Virus record (IMG/VR): IMGVR_UViG_3300021963_007714
Coordinates: 45,029-109,028 of that record
Direction: 5' to 3' (one strand)
DNA: 64,000 nt
DNA from: a virus
The notes beneath the pieces are model-generated. The model saw only the letters and a list, made by a program, of their open reading frames with translations. It was not told the origin of the DNA and searched no databases. Both the position numbers and the translations under genes were made by a program. Shown in pieces: positions 48,921 to 57,957 of the stretch. Numbering within the stretch: the stretch's first letter is position 1; each line of letters opens with the position of its first letter.

Positions 48921-50039
48921 ATGGCTTTATTAATTTCTGGAGGTGTAAGAATTATAGGCAGTACAATAAGTGCGTTACCCGTAACACCACCACCTCTGAA
49001 TATTGGAGAAAGTTTCGGTGGAGGTTATTACGCCGGGTTGTATTCAGCAAGTGGAGACGGAAATCCTACTCACTTTTTAGTTGTATCTCCAGGGTCATCT
49101 GAAACTACTTTATCTTGGAAGTCGTCTCTTACAAATACACCGGGTACAAGTAGTTTATTCGATGGTAGTGCTAACACTGCCGCTATGACAGATGCTTCTC
49201 ATCCTGCGGCAGAATACTGTGGTAATTTAACAACTGGAGGTTATAGTGATTGGTATCTACCTTCTAGATATGAGTTGGCTATAATATATTCAAACACAAG
49301 GGCATGGCCTGGCGATAATGTTACAACGTCCGGTATTAACCCTTACTCGGTATTACCCCGTACTTCTAATTACTCTCTTTATGTACCTGGAGAAGCCACA
49401 TATGCAACTGTATTTAGAAACGTAACAGCACAATTTAATGGAGGTCTTTATTGGACGAGCTCTTCATCTGCCTCACCTACTGCTTGGTTTATCAATACTA
49501 CTGATGGAACTGAAAGCGTTGATTTTAAAGATCAAAATTATACTGTTAGAGCTATAAGAAAAGTACCTTACTATACACAACAAACTGGAGTATCTTACGG
49601 ACCGTATAGATACTGGAGAATGTATATAACCAAGGTAAGGGAAAGTTCAAATCTATCTGATTGTCAAATGGCTGAATTCAAGTTTCAAGTAGATGGTATA
49701 GATAGAGATCTTTACGGAGCTACCTTAACAAATCCTGGAGGTGTGGTAACCGGTCAGGAAGAGGTTTATAGATTAATTGATAATTCAATGTTTTATAAAT
49801 TTTATAATGCAGGCCATTATACTAATGGGACCACTGATATAAGGTTTGATTTTGGGACTCCTGTAAGTTTTACCGGTTATCGATGGGCAACAGCTAATGA
49901 TGTAATATCAAGAGATCCAGAATCCTGGACTATACAGGCAGGTGCTACAACAGCAAGTTATACCACTATTCACACTGTAACAGGATATACAGCAACCACC
50001 GAACGAAACACTTGGCAAAATCCATGGACGTTCACCTAA
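48921..50039 (+). CDS. DUF1566/Lcl (C-type-lectin fold) plus discoidin/F5-8-like virion protein
   Basis: GGYYAG, GGYSDWYLPSRYEL, YWTSS and VRAIR, followed by YRYWRMYIT and RDPESWTIQ. Confidence 0.75.
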   Translation: MALLISGGVRIIGSTISALPVTPPPLNIGESFGGGYYAGLYSASGDGNPTHFLVVSPGSSETTLSWKSSLTNTPGTSSLFDGSANTAAMTDASHPAAEYCGNLTTGGYSDWYLPSRYELAIIYSNTRAWPGDNVTTSGINPYSVLPRTSNYSLYVPGEATYATVFRNVTAQFNGGLYWTSSSSASPTAWFINTTDGTESVDFKDQNYTVRAIRKVPYYTQQTGVSYGPYRYWRMYITKVRESSNLSDCQMAEFKFQVDGIDRDLYGATLTNPGGVVTGQEEVYRLIDNSMFYKFYNAGHYTNGTTDIRFDFGTPVSFTGYRWATANDVISRDPESWTIQAGATTASYTTIHTVTGYTATTERNTWQNPWTFT

Positions 50040-50055
50040 TAGATTAAATACAAAC

Positions 50056-50132
50056 ATAGGATCCTTACAGCAAACTATTTGGCCTTCTTAATCGCTACGT
50101 GTAGCGTGTAGATCTCCCAAAACGGATCCTGT
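50056..50132 (+). ncRNA. Candidate small structured RNA
   Basis: ATTAAATA at 50043; 7-bp closing stem AGGATCC (50058-64)/GGATCCT (50124-30); internal CGCTA-cgtg-TAGCG hairpin. Confidence 0.4.
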
Positions 50133-50158
50133 TATAAATTTTTAGCAATAATAACTCT

Positions 50159-51076
50159 ATGCAAATTACAGGCGGAATATTACTCGGTCAAGGCTTTAAC
50201 ATAAGTCCACCATTTTTTTACACAGTAGATGTGCTTATTTTAGGTGGAGGAGGAGGTGGAGGCGCCGGAAGTAATTGGCAAAACAATGCCAATGGCGGAG
50301 GTGGAGGCGCCGGCGGATACAGGTATATATCCAGTGTAACAGTACAATCTGGAACTGTGTATCCCATGATAGTAGGTCAGGGTGGTATAGGTTCGATTAC
50401 CACAGGAGGGGTAGGTGACATCAATGCCACTTATACTGAAGGAACTAGCGGAACAACAAGTACAGCCTTTGGATATGCTGCTGCAGGTGGTGGCCTTGGT
50501 GGTTCATATACTCCACTAAATGGTATTACCTCAGGTAGGAACGGAGGCTCTGGTGGAGGAGGTGGCGGAGCAGGTGGAGGTCAGCCTACAAGTGGCGGAA
50601 CAGGAAATATACCCGTTACTGTACCAAGCCAAGGAAATAATGGCGGTAGTAATTTTACCAATGATGCTAGCGGAGCCAGCGGTGGAGGAGGTGGTGCTAG
50701 CGCAGCAGGTGCTTCGGGTGCGGCAAATGTAGGAGGTAATGGAGGAGCAGGCAGATATCCGGATATTTGGTATGCTTCAACCTCTGGTGTTTTTGTCTGC
50801 GGTGGAGGAGGTGGTTCTGGATCAACCAATGGCACAGGTGGAGTAGGTGGCGGTGGCAATGCATCTAGAACACCAGGAGCTAACTGTGCCGGCACAGATG
50901 GTCTAGGTGGAGGCGGAGGTGGAACCGGTCTAGGATCAGGCAGAGGAGGTAGTGGAGGCAGAGGTAGAATTTTGGTTAGGTACCCTACTAATATTAGAGC
51001 TAGCGGAGGTACTATTGTTATATATAATGGGTATGTATACCATGACTTTACCTCATCAGATTTTTTTCAAGCTTAA
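50159..51076 (+). CDS. Glycine-rich virion-associated protein
   Basis: GGGGG tracts with VDVLILGGGG...GRILVRYP...YHDFTSS, the architecture of phage Gly-rich domains. Confidence 0.75.
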   Translation: MQITGGILLGQGFNISPPFFYTVDVLILGGGGGGGAGSNWQNNANGGGGGAGGYRYISSVTVQSGTVYPMIVGQGGIGSITTGGVGDINATYTEGTSGTTSTAFGYAAAGGGLGGSYTPLNGITSGRNGGSGGGGGGAGGGQPTSGGTGNIPVTVPSQGNNGGSNFTNDASGASGGGGGASAAGASGAANVGGNGGAGRYPDIWYASTSGVFVCGGGGGSGSTNGTGGVGGGGNASRTPGANCAGTDGLGGGGGGTGLGSGRGGSGGRGRILVRYPTNIRASGGTIVIYNGYVYHDFTSSDFFQA

Positions 51077-51079
51077 AAA

Positions 51080-51376
51080 ATGAACAAAATTATATTAGGA
51101 TTTTTATGTTTTCCAATTACTGTTTGGGCACAACAAACTGCCTATAAAGCCGTGATGTGCGCAGATACTCAATCTGTCATTACTGCTCTTACTGGAAAGG
51201 ATTATAAAGAAAAACCATTCTGGATGGGCGTTGATCAAAAGGAACACACCTACAGCATATTCTATAACAAAGAAACCTCAGGCTGGACCATAATTGAGTT
51301 TAAAGGTAAGACTGCCTGTATATTGGGCGCAGGTGAAGAAAGCCAGTTAAGTCAAGAATTAAGTAGCAAACATTAA
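51080..51376 (+). CDS. Secreted hypothetical protein
   Basis: Signal peptide and two Cys. Confidence 0.6.
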   Translation: MNKIILGFLCFPITVWAQQTAYKAVMCADTQSVITALTGKDYKEKPFWMGVDQKEHTYSIFYNKETSGWTIIEFKGKTACILGAGEESQLSQELSSKH

Positions 51377-51406
51377 AAAAACATAGATTTTATTTTTCAA
51401 ATAGTC

Positions 51407-51435
51407 TTGGCTAATGATATTAAATAGTGTATAAT
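51407..51435 (+). promoter_or_regulatory. Sigma70-type promoter
   Basis: TTGGCT-17-TATAAT. Confidence 0.5.
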
Positions 51436-51467
51436 CGTTGTTTAGGACAAATACACAAGGACACACT

Positions 51468-51626
51468 ATGAAGTATTTAATTGCTACGTTTCTAGCCTTT
51501 GGGCTACCAATTCTAATCGGCATTGGTTTATATTCTATCAAAGATCAGCACCATGCTGTAACCAATGTATGTAATGAACAATTTTACCCAGATCTCTGCG
51601 GTAAAAAGACCGACAAAGAATCTTAA
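51468..51626 (+). CDS. Small membrane protein
   Basis: AAGGA SD before the ATG at 51468; one TM and a Cys pair. Confidence 0.55.
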   Translation: MKYLIATFLAFGLPILIGIGLYSIKDQHHAVTNVCNEQFYPDLCGKKTDKES

Positions 51627-51648
51627 TTTTTAACAGGAGACACAGACC

Positions 51649-52023
51649 ATGTTTGGACTTATTAAATTCCTCATTGCTCTATATCGTGCTTTTGTAGCAC
51701 TACTTGATCCCAATCGTAATGCTCTAAAAGATGCTCCACCACAGATCAAATATATCACCAGTGTGTTACTGGCCAGTTTTTGGGCAGTGGCATTTAGTCT
51801 GTGGGCAGGAGAACTCTATTTCATTGGCTATAATGTAATTGGACATGTAGCGGTAGTAAGTATGGCATTTGCCACTTGGTTGGTATTCCGTCACTTTAGA
51901 AAGACCTATACTAAAAGGTCGGAATACGATCTACTACGTGATCCTAACCGCTTGCCCAAGTGTTACGAACTAACTGATGAAGAGAGACTACAGGCCGCAC
52001 AGAAAGCAAGTTTTCAAAATTAA
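51649..52023 (+). CDS. Membrane hypothetical protein
   Basis: AGGAG SD; two TMs. Confidence 0.65.
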   Translation: MFGLIKFLIALYRAFVALLDPNRNALKDAPPQIKYITSVLLASFWAVAFSLWAGELYFIGYNVIGHVAVVSMAFATWLVFRHFRKTYTKRSEYDLLRDPNRLPKCYELTDEERLQAAQKASFQN

Positions 52024-52083
52024 ACCAAATCCCTGTATCTCGGCATTAAATATTCCATATTATGGCAACTATAAAGGCACAAC

Positions 52084-53748
52084 ATGGAATCAAGATACAG
52101 GGAACTAGAACACCTCATCACTAAATTTACCAGGCAAATACCCGATACTGAAGAATACAACCAAAGACTAGCAGAAGAATTAGAACTAATAGCACAATTA
52201 GGTTTTGCCAAACACTTTCTAAGAGTTAGGGAAATACTGGATCTAACTCGTGACATTCCACATATAACCAGAGGATCAGCAGGCTCAAGCCTGATCTGTT
52301 ATCTAATGGCTATATCAGATGTAGATCCTGTAAAAGAACGCATACCCCTGGCAAGGTTTATGAATCCCAAGCGTGATGACTTACCTGACATTGACTTAGA
52401 CTTCCCTCACTGGCAACAGGAAACTGTTATGAACAGGATCTACAAAAGATGGCCAGGACAATCAGCCCGTGTTAGCAACTATGTAACCTATAAAGAAAAG
52501 TCTGCCATACGTGAGGCAGCTAAGAGATATGGTGCTAAGGGTAGACTACCTCGCAATATTGATCTCGATAAGGTTGTGCCCGAGTTCGCAGATGATGCTA
52601 AAAGATTAGTTAAAAAACTATTAGGTAAGAAACGCTGTATATCCAAGCACTGCGGTGGCATACTGATCTTCGATCGAGCGGTGCCTAAGAGTCTAATCAA
52701 TGCCGAAAATCAAATTCTACTGGACAAGTATGAAATTGAGGACCTAGAACACTTTAAGATAGATATACTTGCCAACAGAGGACTGAGTCAACTATGGGAA
52801 ATAGAACAGCGTTCATTGTCTGACTATCCTGAACATGATGAGGCTACCAGCGAATTATTGTGTCGTGGTGATATACTGGGTGTAACACAGGGTGAATCAC
52901 CTGCTATGAAGCGTCTGTTTCGTGCTATTCGTCCCAAGAGTAAAAGTGACTGCACTTTGGCCACTGCCCTAATTCGTCCAGTAGCTACACAAGGTCGTCG
53001 TAAGGCTTCATTCTTTCAAGACTGGTCTAAAGATGGCTTTCAAGATACCATAGTGTTCGAAGATGATGCCATAGAACTTATATCAGAAATTTTAGGCTGT
53101 GATAGTTATACCGCAGACATGTGGCGTCGTGCCTTTGCTAAAAAGAACGAAGAAAAGATGTTTGAGTTCCTACAACTAGTGGGCGATCATCCACGCAAAG
53201 ACGATGTGTTCATGGCGCTGAAAGAACTCAGTCACTTTGGTCTATGCCGTGCTCATGCTATAAATTTAGGTAGATTGATTTGGGCTTTAGCATACCAAAA
53301 GGCACATAATCCCGAAGCGTTCTGGCGTGCTGCTCTAAAACACTGTCAGGGATCATATGCTCGTTGGGTCTATTGGCAAGAGGCCAAGTTGGCTGGTGCT
53401 GTGCCTGCCATAGGTCAAGGTGGAGAAATTGAGGACCTAATGAAAACAGGTCGTTGGCGTTCAAAGAGTTTTATACCTGTATGCCAAGAAGTACGAAAGC
53501 CTGGGCAGGTAGAGTTCTGCGGCCTGGTAGCAAACTATCGTGTGTTTAAATCAAAGCCCAAAGAGTATATCACATTCGTCACACTGGGCACAGGCAACGG
53601 GCGTTATTTAGATGTGGTCCTACCTCATGCTGTGAGCCTACATGATCATCCTATCATATGGGGAACGGGCAAATTGGGGTATAAAAATAACACAGAGTAT
53701 GTTACAGTATACAAGCATAAAAGAATCAAACTACAAGAATTAGTATGA
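52084..53748 (+). CDS. Minimal family C DNA polymerase (DnaE-like, lacking PHP domain)
   Basis: RGSAGSSLICY, RFMNPKRDDLPDIDLDF, SKHCGGI, KIDIL and AHA; only 554 aa. Confidence 0.85.
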   Translation: MESRYRELEHLITKFTRQIPDTEEYNQRLAEELELIAQLGFAKHFLRVREILDLTRDIPHITRGSAGSSLICYLMAISDVDPVKERIPLARFMNPKRDDLPDIDLDFPHWQQETVMNRIYKRWPGQSARVSNYVTYKEKSAIREAAKRYGAKGRLPRNIDLDKVVPEFADDAKRLVKKLLGKKRCISKHCGGILIFDRAVPKSLINAENQILLDKYEIEDLEHFKIDILANRGLSQLWEIEQRSLSDYPEHDEATSELLCRGDILGVTQGESPAMKRLFRAIRPKSKSDCTLATALIRPVATQGRRKASFFQDWSKDGFQDTIVFEDDAIELISEILGCDSYTADMWRRAFAKKNEEKMFEFLQLVGDHPRKDDVFMALKELSHFGLCRAHAINLGRLIWALAYQKAHNPEAFWRAALKHCQGSYARWVYWQEAKLAGAVPAIGQGGEIEDLMKTGRWRSKSFIPVCQEVRKPGQVEFCGLVANYRVFKSKPKEYITFVTLGTGNGRYLDVVLPHAVSLHDHPIIWGTGKLGYKNNTEYVTVYKHKRIKLQELV

Positions 53749-54032
53749 AATCAAGACTACAGATATACACCAGTAAAGATGTCAAAGACCCCGCCTACAT
53801 AGTGGGAGAACGTGCCGCACTGAAAGAACTAGCACAGGCCTTAATTCAAGCAGCAGACAGCCCCGCAGGTTTTCAAACTGTAAACTTATACAAGGGCAAC
53901 GGGCACGACTATGAAATCTTTGTTACTAAGAATGTCAAAGAAGCAGAATGGCAGGACATGCCCTCTACAGCAGACAAGATGAATTTTATTTCTGAGTATC
54001 TTGATCTTAAAAATTCCTTATTAAACAAATAG
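53745..54032 (+). CDS. Hypothetical protein
   Basis: 95 aa, coupled to the DnaE-like gene. Confidence 0.55.
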   Translation: MKSRLQIYTSKDVKDPAYIVGERAALKELAQALIQAADSPAGFQTVNLYKGNGHDYEIFVTKNVKEAEWQDMPSTADKMNFISEYLDLKNSLLNK

Positions 54033-54066
54033 TTGTAATAATTCTGTAATCATTAAATGCTAATAT
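54033..54066 (+). promoter_or_regulatory. Pho box and -10 element
   Basis: TTGTAAT-AATT-CTGTAAT (11-bp periodic repeat like the PhoB box), 10 nt upstream of TAATAT and in front of phoX-pstS. Confidence 0.75.
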
Positions 54067-54109
54067 AAATGTAAATATTACTAACAATCATTTACATAGG
54101 AGAAAGCAG

Positions 54110-56317
54110 ATGATTACAGAGACTGAGAATACGTCTAATAATCCACACATCAGCGATGTGATTAAAGCGATGTTAGGCAATCCAAATCGCCGAAGTTTCC
54201 TAAAAGGAAGTTCGGCTTTTTTTACGGCTGCTACAGCAGCAACAATAGCAGGTTGTGCCAGTAGTGATGATGATCTACTACCGACACCGAGCACATTGAG
54301 TTTCGAAGCAGTTCCTAAGAACACATTTGACAAGGTCACACTACCCCCAGGTTATCAATTCACAGTGCTACATGGCACAGGAGATAGGCTAGTCAGTAGC
54401 ATTCCTGCCTATTCAAACAAGGGTGTAGAGACAGATGATTGGAGTCAGCGAGTGGGTGACCATCACGATGGCATTGAATTATTTCATATTGATGCCAATG
54501 GTAAGTATACCACACAGATGACTGGTCGTGCTGTGTTGGCAATGAATCACGAAAGTTCAGCAGACGCACATTTTTTCCACCCCAATGGACAGACCAGTAA
54601 CGGTCAAAATGGTAAAAAGTTTGATCAGTTTGGTCAATGGGATTTGGGTGTTCGTCCCGGATTAGAAGTATTAAAAGAAATCAATCACCACGGTGTCAGT
54701 CTCGTGGAGATTAACAAGGGTAGCACAGGTTGGACATACAAGGTAGATAGCGGATTAAATAGAAGGGTTACAGCACAAACTCCCGTGCGAATCAGCGGAC
54801 CGGCCGCAGACATGGCTAACATAAAAGGTTTAATGTCTACCAAGTTTGATCCAACAGGTGCTACCGCTCGCGGCACATTAAACAACTGCGGCACAGGGTC
54901 TACACCTTGGGGAACCATGCTGACCTGTGAAGAAAACTGGGCTGTATATACTCATATGCCCAAAGGCAGCAATCCAGTAGATGCCAGACTGGTTCAAACT
55001 CGCAAGCGTTATGGCGTAGCAGCAGAACCACTTTCCGGTAGTGCCACAGCCAGCACCAGTCAAGGATGGCATACTCCTTCAGACATGCCCGACACAGGTC
55101 TGCGTTTTAGTCGCTGGGATACCAGTGCTCGTGGAGCCACAGCACAGGAAGACTTTCGCAATGAACCACATACTTTTGGTTACAATGTAGAAATTGATCC
55201 TCTTAATCCCAATGCTCAACCAGTGAAGCGTGTGGCCATGGGTCGTTTCGCACACGAAGCCGCTGTATATGGTAAACTGGAAGCAGGTAAGCCTGTGGTG
55301 TTTTACATGGGCTGCGATAGTCGTAATGAGTATATCTATAAGTTTGTCAGTGCTCAACCTTGGAATCCTGCTGATGTGGGCGGCGGTATGGCTGCTGGTG
55401 ACAAATATCTCAACGAAGGTAAATTGTATGTGGCCAAGTTTAACAATGATGGAACAGGCACATGGATTGAATTGAGTATTGCCAATCCTGCTATTGCCAA
55501 CTATGCCACATTCAAATTTAATAATCAAGCAGAAATATTTGTATTCACTCGCATAGCCGCTGATGCTGTAGGTGCTACCAAAATGGATCGTCCAGAGTGG
55601 GGTGCTGTAAATCCTGCCAATGGCGAAATCTATTTTGCCCTGACCAACAACTCAGCCAGCAATCGCACTCCAATGACCACAGATGGTGCCAATCCAAGAA
55701 GTTATGCTGATCCCGATGGCAACAAGCGTACGGGCAACCCCAATGGACATATTATTCGTTGGCGTGAGACTGCTACAGGATTTCAATGGGATATCTTCTT
55801 GTTTGGTTCAGAAGAAGACAATGCTGCCAGCAACATTTCAAAACTCACTGCCAAGAATTCGTTTAGTAGCCCAGACGGATTGTGGTTTAGCAAGGCCACA
55901 GGTCTTTGCTGGATACAGACAGATGATGGTGCGTATACAGATGAAGTACATAATCAACTGTTAGTGGCCATTCCTGGTCGGGTAGGAGATGGTGGAGCTA
56001 AAACCATTACCAATACACTAAGCGGTGCTACTAAAGATCAGGCCACATTTGTGGGTGCTGAATTAGGCGAAACAAAATTGCGTCGATTCCTAACTGGTCC
56101 TGCTGGTTGTGAAATCACCGGTATCGCTGAATCCGCAGATGGACGCACTATATTTGTCAATGTTCAGCATCCAGGCGAGGACACAGAAGCCACTTTCTGG
56201 AAAGGATCTGCTCCACAAAGTCAATGGCCAGCCAATCAAGGCTATGGACCACAAGGGCGTCCTCGTTCAGCCACTTTGGTAATCACCAAGGTTGACGGCG
56301 GCTTAATCGGCCTATAA
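54110..56317 (+). CDS. phoX: PhoX alkaline phosphatase (Tat-exported, probable lipoprotein)
   Basis: NRRSFLK Tat motif, IAGC lipobox, HHDG, NHE, TCEEN, GRFAHE, MDRPE, SPDGL, CEITG and NVQHPGE. Confidence 0.93.
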   Translation: MITETENTSNNPHISDVIKAMLGNPNRRSFLKGSSAFFTAATAATIAGCASSDDDLLPTPSTLSFEAVPKNTFDKVTLPPGYQFTVLHGTGDRLVSSIPAYSNKGVETDDWSQRVGDHHDGIELFHIDANGKYTTQMTGRAVLAMNHESSADAHFFHPNGQTSNGQNGKKFDQFGQWDLGVRPGLEVLKEINHHGVSLVEINKGSTGWTYKVDSGLNRRVTAQTPVRISGPAADMANIKGLMSTKFDPTGATARGTLNNCGTGSTPWGTMLTCEENWAVYTHMPKGSNPVDARLVQTRKRYGVAAEPLSGSATASTSQGWHTPSDMPDTGLRFSRWDTSARGATAQEDFRNEPHTFGYNVEIDPLNPNAQPVKRVAMGRFAHEAAVYGKLEAGKPVVFYMGCDSRNEYIYKFVSAQPWNPADVGGGMAAGDKYLNEGKLYVAKFNNDGTGTWIELSIANPAIANYATFKFNNQAEIFVFTRIAADAVGATKMDRPEWGAVNPANGEIYFALTNNSASNRTPMTTDGANPRSYADPDGNKRTGNPNGHIIRWRETATGFQWDIFLFGSEEDNAASNISKLTAKNSFSSPDGLWFSKATGLCWIQTDDGAYTDEVHNQLLVAIPGRVGDGGAKTITNTLSGATKDQATFVGAELGETKLRRFLTGPAGCEITGIAESADGRTIFVNVQHPGEDTEATFWKGSAPQSQWPANQGYGPQGRPRSATLVITKVDGGLIGL

Positions 56318-56339
56318 ACTAGTAGCAAGGAGATCAATG

Positions 56340-56426
56340 ATGGCAAAACTAAAACAATGTTGGTGTTGGGTATGTGAAAAACTTCGTATGTGTTATTGCG
56401 AATGTAAGACTGCCTGCCGTTGTTGA
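56340..56426 (+). CDS. Cys-rich micropeptide (28-29 aa, 8 Cys)
   Basis: AAGGAG SD at 56327; (M)MAKLKQCWCWVCEKLRMCYCECKTACRC-stop. Confidence 0.6.
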   Translation: MAKLKQCWCWVCEKLRMCYCECKTACRC

Positions 56427-56458
56427 TCTCAATCTAATTAAACTCAAAAGGAAATTAA

Positions 56459-57472
56459 ATGAAACGATTCTTAATGGCCACAGCGGCCGCTTTATTCTCT
56501 GTTGCTGTTCAAGCAGCAGAAATCACAGGGGCTGGTGCTACCTTTCCCTATCCTATCTATGCCAAATGGGCCGAAGCATATAACAAGGCCACTGGCAATA
56601 CCTTGAACTATCAAAGTATTGGTAGTTCAGGTGGTATTCGTCAAATCAACAACAAAACAGTATCATTTGGAGCCAGTGATGCTCCAGTAAAAGGAGAAGA
56701 TCTTGATAAACTTGGACAAGTTCAATTCCCTGCTATCATCGGTGGCACAGTGCCTGTTATCAATCTTGATGGCTTCAAGGCAGGTGAACTTCGCATCACA
56801 GGACCTGTCATGGCAGAAGTTTTTATGGGAAACATTACCAAATGGAATGACCCAAAACTACAAGCATTAAATCCAGGTAAAAAGTTACCAGACATGAACA
56901 TCACTGTGGTTCATCGTGCTGATGGTTCTGGCACTACTTTCAATTGGACCGACTACTTGACTGTGATCAGCCCAGAGTGGGAAAAGCGTGTGGGCCGTGG
57001 AGCAGCAGTAAAATGGCCTGCTACCAGTTCAGTTGGTGGCAAGGGTAACGAAGGTGTTGCTGCCAATGTAAATAGAATTAAAGGCAGTATTGGTTATGTT
57101 GAATATGCCTATGTTAAGAAAAATCTAATGAATTATATGTTGTTACAAAACAAGGCTGGTAACTTTGTTGCCCCTGATGATACAACTTTCGCAGCAGCCG
57201 CAGCGGGAGCAGATTGGTTCTCAGTTCCAGGAATGGGCTTGAGTATTGTAAATCAGGGCGGCAAGGATACTTGGCCTGTGACTACTGCTTCGTTTATAAT
57301 TATGTATAAGGAACCAGCAGACAAGCGAGCCAGCCAAGAAGTTATCAAGTTTTTTGATTGGGCATTCAAGAACGGTGCTAAGTTAAGCGCAGAACTTGAT
57401 TATGTTCACTTACCAGATAAACTACAGGCTGATATTCGCAGTCGTGTTTGGAGTCAAATTAAAAATCAATAG
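56459..57472 (+). CDS. pstS: Phosphate ABC transporter periplasmic binding protein
   Basis: ITGAGATFPYP, YQSIGSSGG, FGASD, HRADGSGTT and GSIGYVEY. Confidence 0.97.
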   Translation: MKRFLMATAAALFSVAVQAAEITGAGATFPYPIYAKWAEAYNKATGNTLNYQSIGSSGGIRQINNKTVSFGASDAPVKGEDLDKLGQVQFPAIIGGTVPVINLDGFKAGELRITGPVMAEVFMGNITKWNDPKLQALNPGKKLPDMNITVVHRADGSGTTFNWTDYLTVISPEWEKRVGRGAAVKWPATSSVGGKGNEGVAANVNRIKGSIGYVEYAYVKKNLMNYMLLQNKAGNFVAPDDTTFAAAAAGADWFSVPGMGLSIVNQGGKDTWPVTTASFIIMYKEPADKRASQEVIKFFDWAFKNGAKLSAELDYVHLPDKLQADIRSRVWSQIKNQ

Positions 57473-57479
57473 GTGACGT

Positions 57480-57695
57480 ATGAGTGACGCAGCGGGTGGA
57501 TTTTTAGCAGTATTTGAACAAAGAGTAGGACAACTTAGAAAACGTCTTCGAGATGAATTAGACAAAGACAAACCCATCCGCTGTCGTAGAACACTTAAAA
57601 AAGTTATAAAAGAAATAAAAGAATGGGAAGATGTTCTACATCAACATCGTAAGGACACTAAACGGTGTCCGCATTGTGGGGAGAAGTTAGAATGA
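57480..57695 (+). CDS. Small coiled-coil protein with CPHCG knuckle
   Basis: RCPHCGEKL C-terminus. Confidence 0.6.
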   Translation: MSDAAGGFLAVFEQRVGQLRKRLRDELDKDKPIRCRRTLKKVIKEIKEWEDVLHQHRKDTKRCPHCGEKLE

Positions 57696-57793
57696 CTACA
57701 GAACTTTGGTTGTTTGTATTAGCAGTATTTGCCATCACCGCCGCCATTGTTATACCTAATTTGATAACATGGCGACGTAGGCGAAAAGATTAA
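57692..57793 (+). CDS. 33-aa single-TM peptide
   Basis: MTTELWLFVLAVFAITAAIVIPNLITWRRRRKD; ATGA overlap and GGAG upstream. Confidence 0.5.
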   Translation: MTTELWLFVLAVFAITAAIVIPNLITWRRRRKD

Positions 57794-57957
57794 CTCATTC
57801 CTAATGCTACGATAACAGACACAACCAATATTAAAAATACAATGAAACCTGACCTGTCCTTGTGACCACCATGGACAGGATCTACATCCCGAAAATCAGG
57901 CTTAGTTGTATTTTTCTTTTGTGCTGCTATCAGGGCTTGAAGTAGAACTGGCTTCAT
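57790..57957 (-). CDS. 55-aa protein with C-terminal TM
   Basis: MKPVLLQALIAAQKK...GFIVFLILVVSVIVALGMS; AAGGA SD within the terC 3' end. Confidence 0.45.
   Translation of the reverse strand: MKPVLLQALIAAQKKNTTKPDFRDVDPVHGGHKDRSGFIVFLILVVSVIVALGMS

Noticed and set aside
48921-50039. DUF1566/Lcl domain as a diversity-generating retroelement target
   Set aside because: No reverse transcriptase and no near-identical template repeat were seen in the window; they could lie elsewhere in the genome.
50056-50132. tRNA gene
   Set aside because: No T-loop GTTC motif, D-arm or cloverleaf; kept only as an ncRNA candidate. No tRNA was recognised elsewhere by eye.
50240-50960. GGT/GGA-rich tract as a DNA repeat element
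   Set aside because: Fully explained by glycine codons of the Gly-rich protein.
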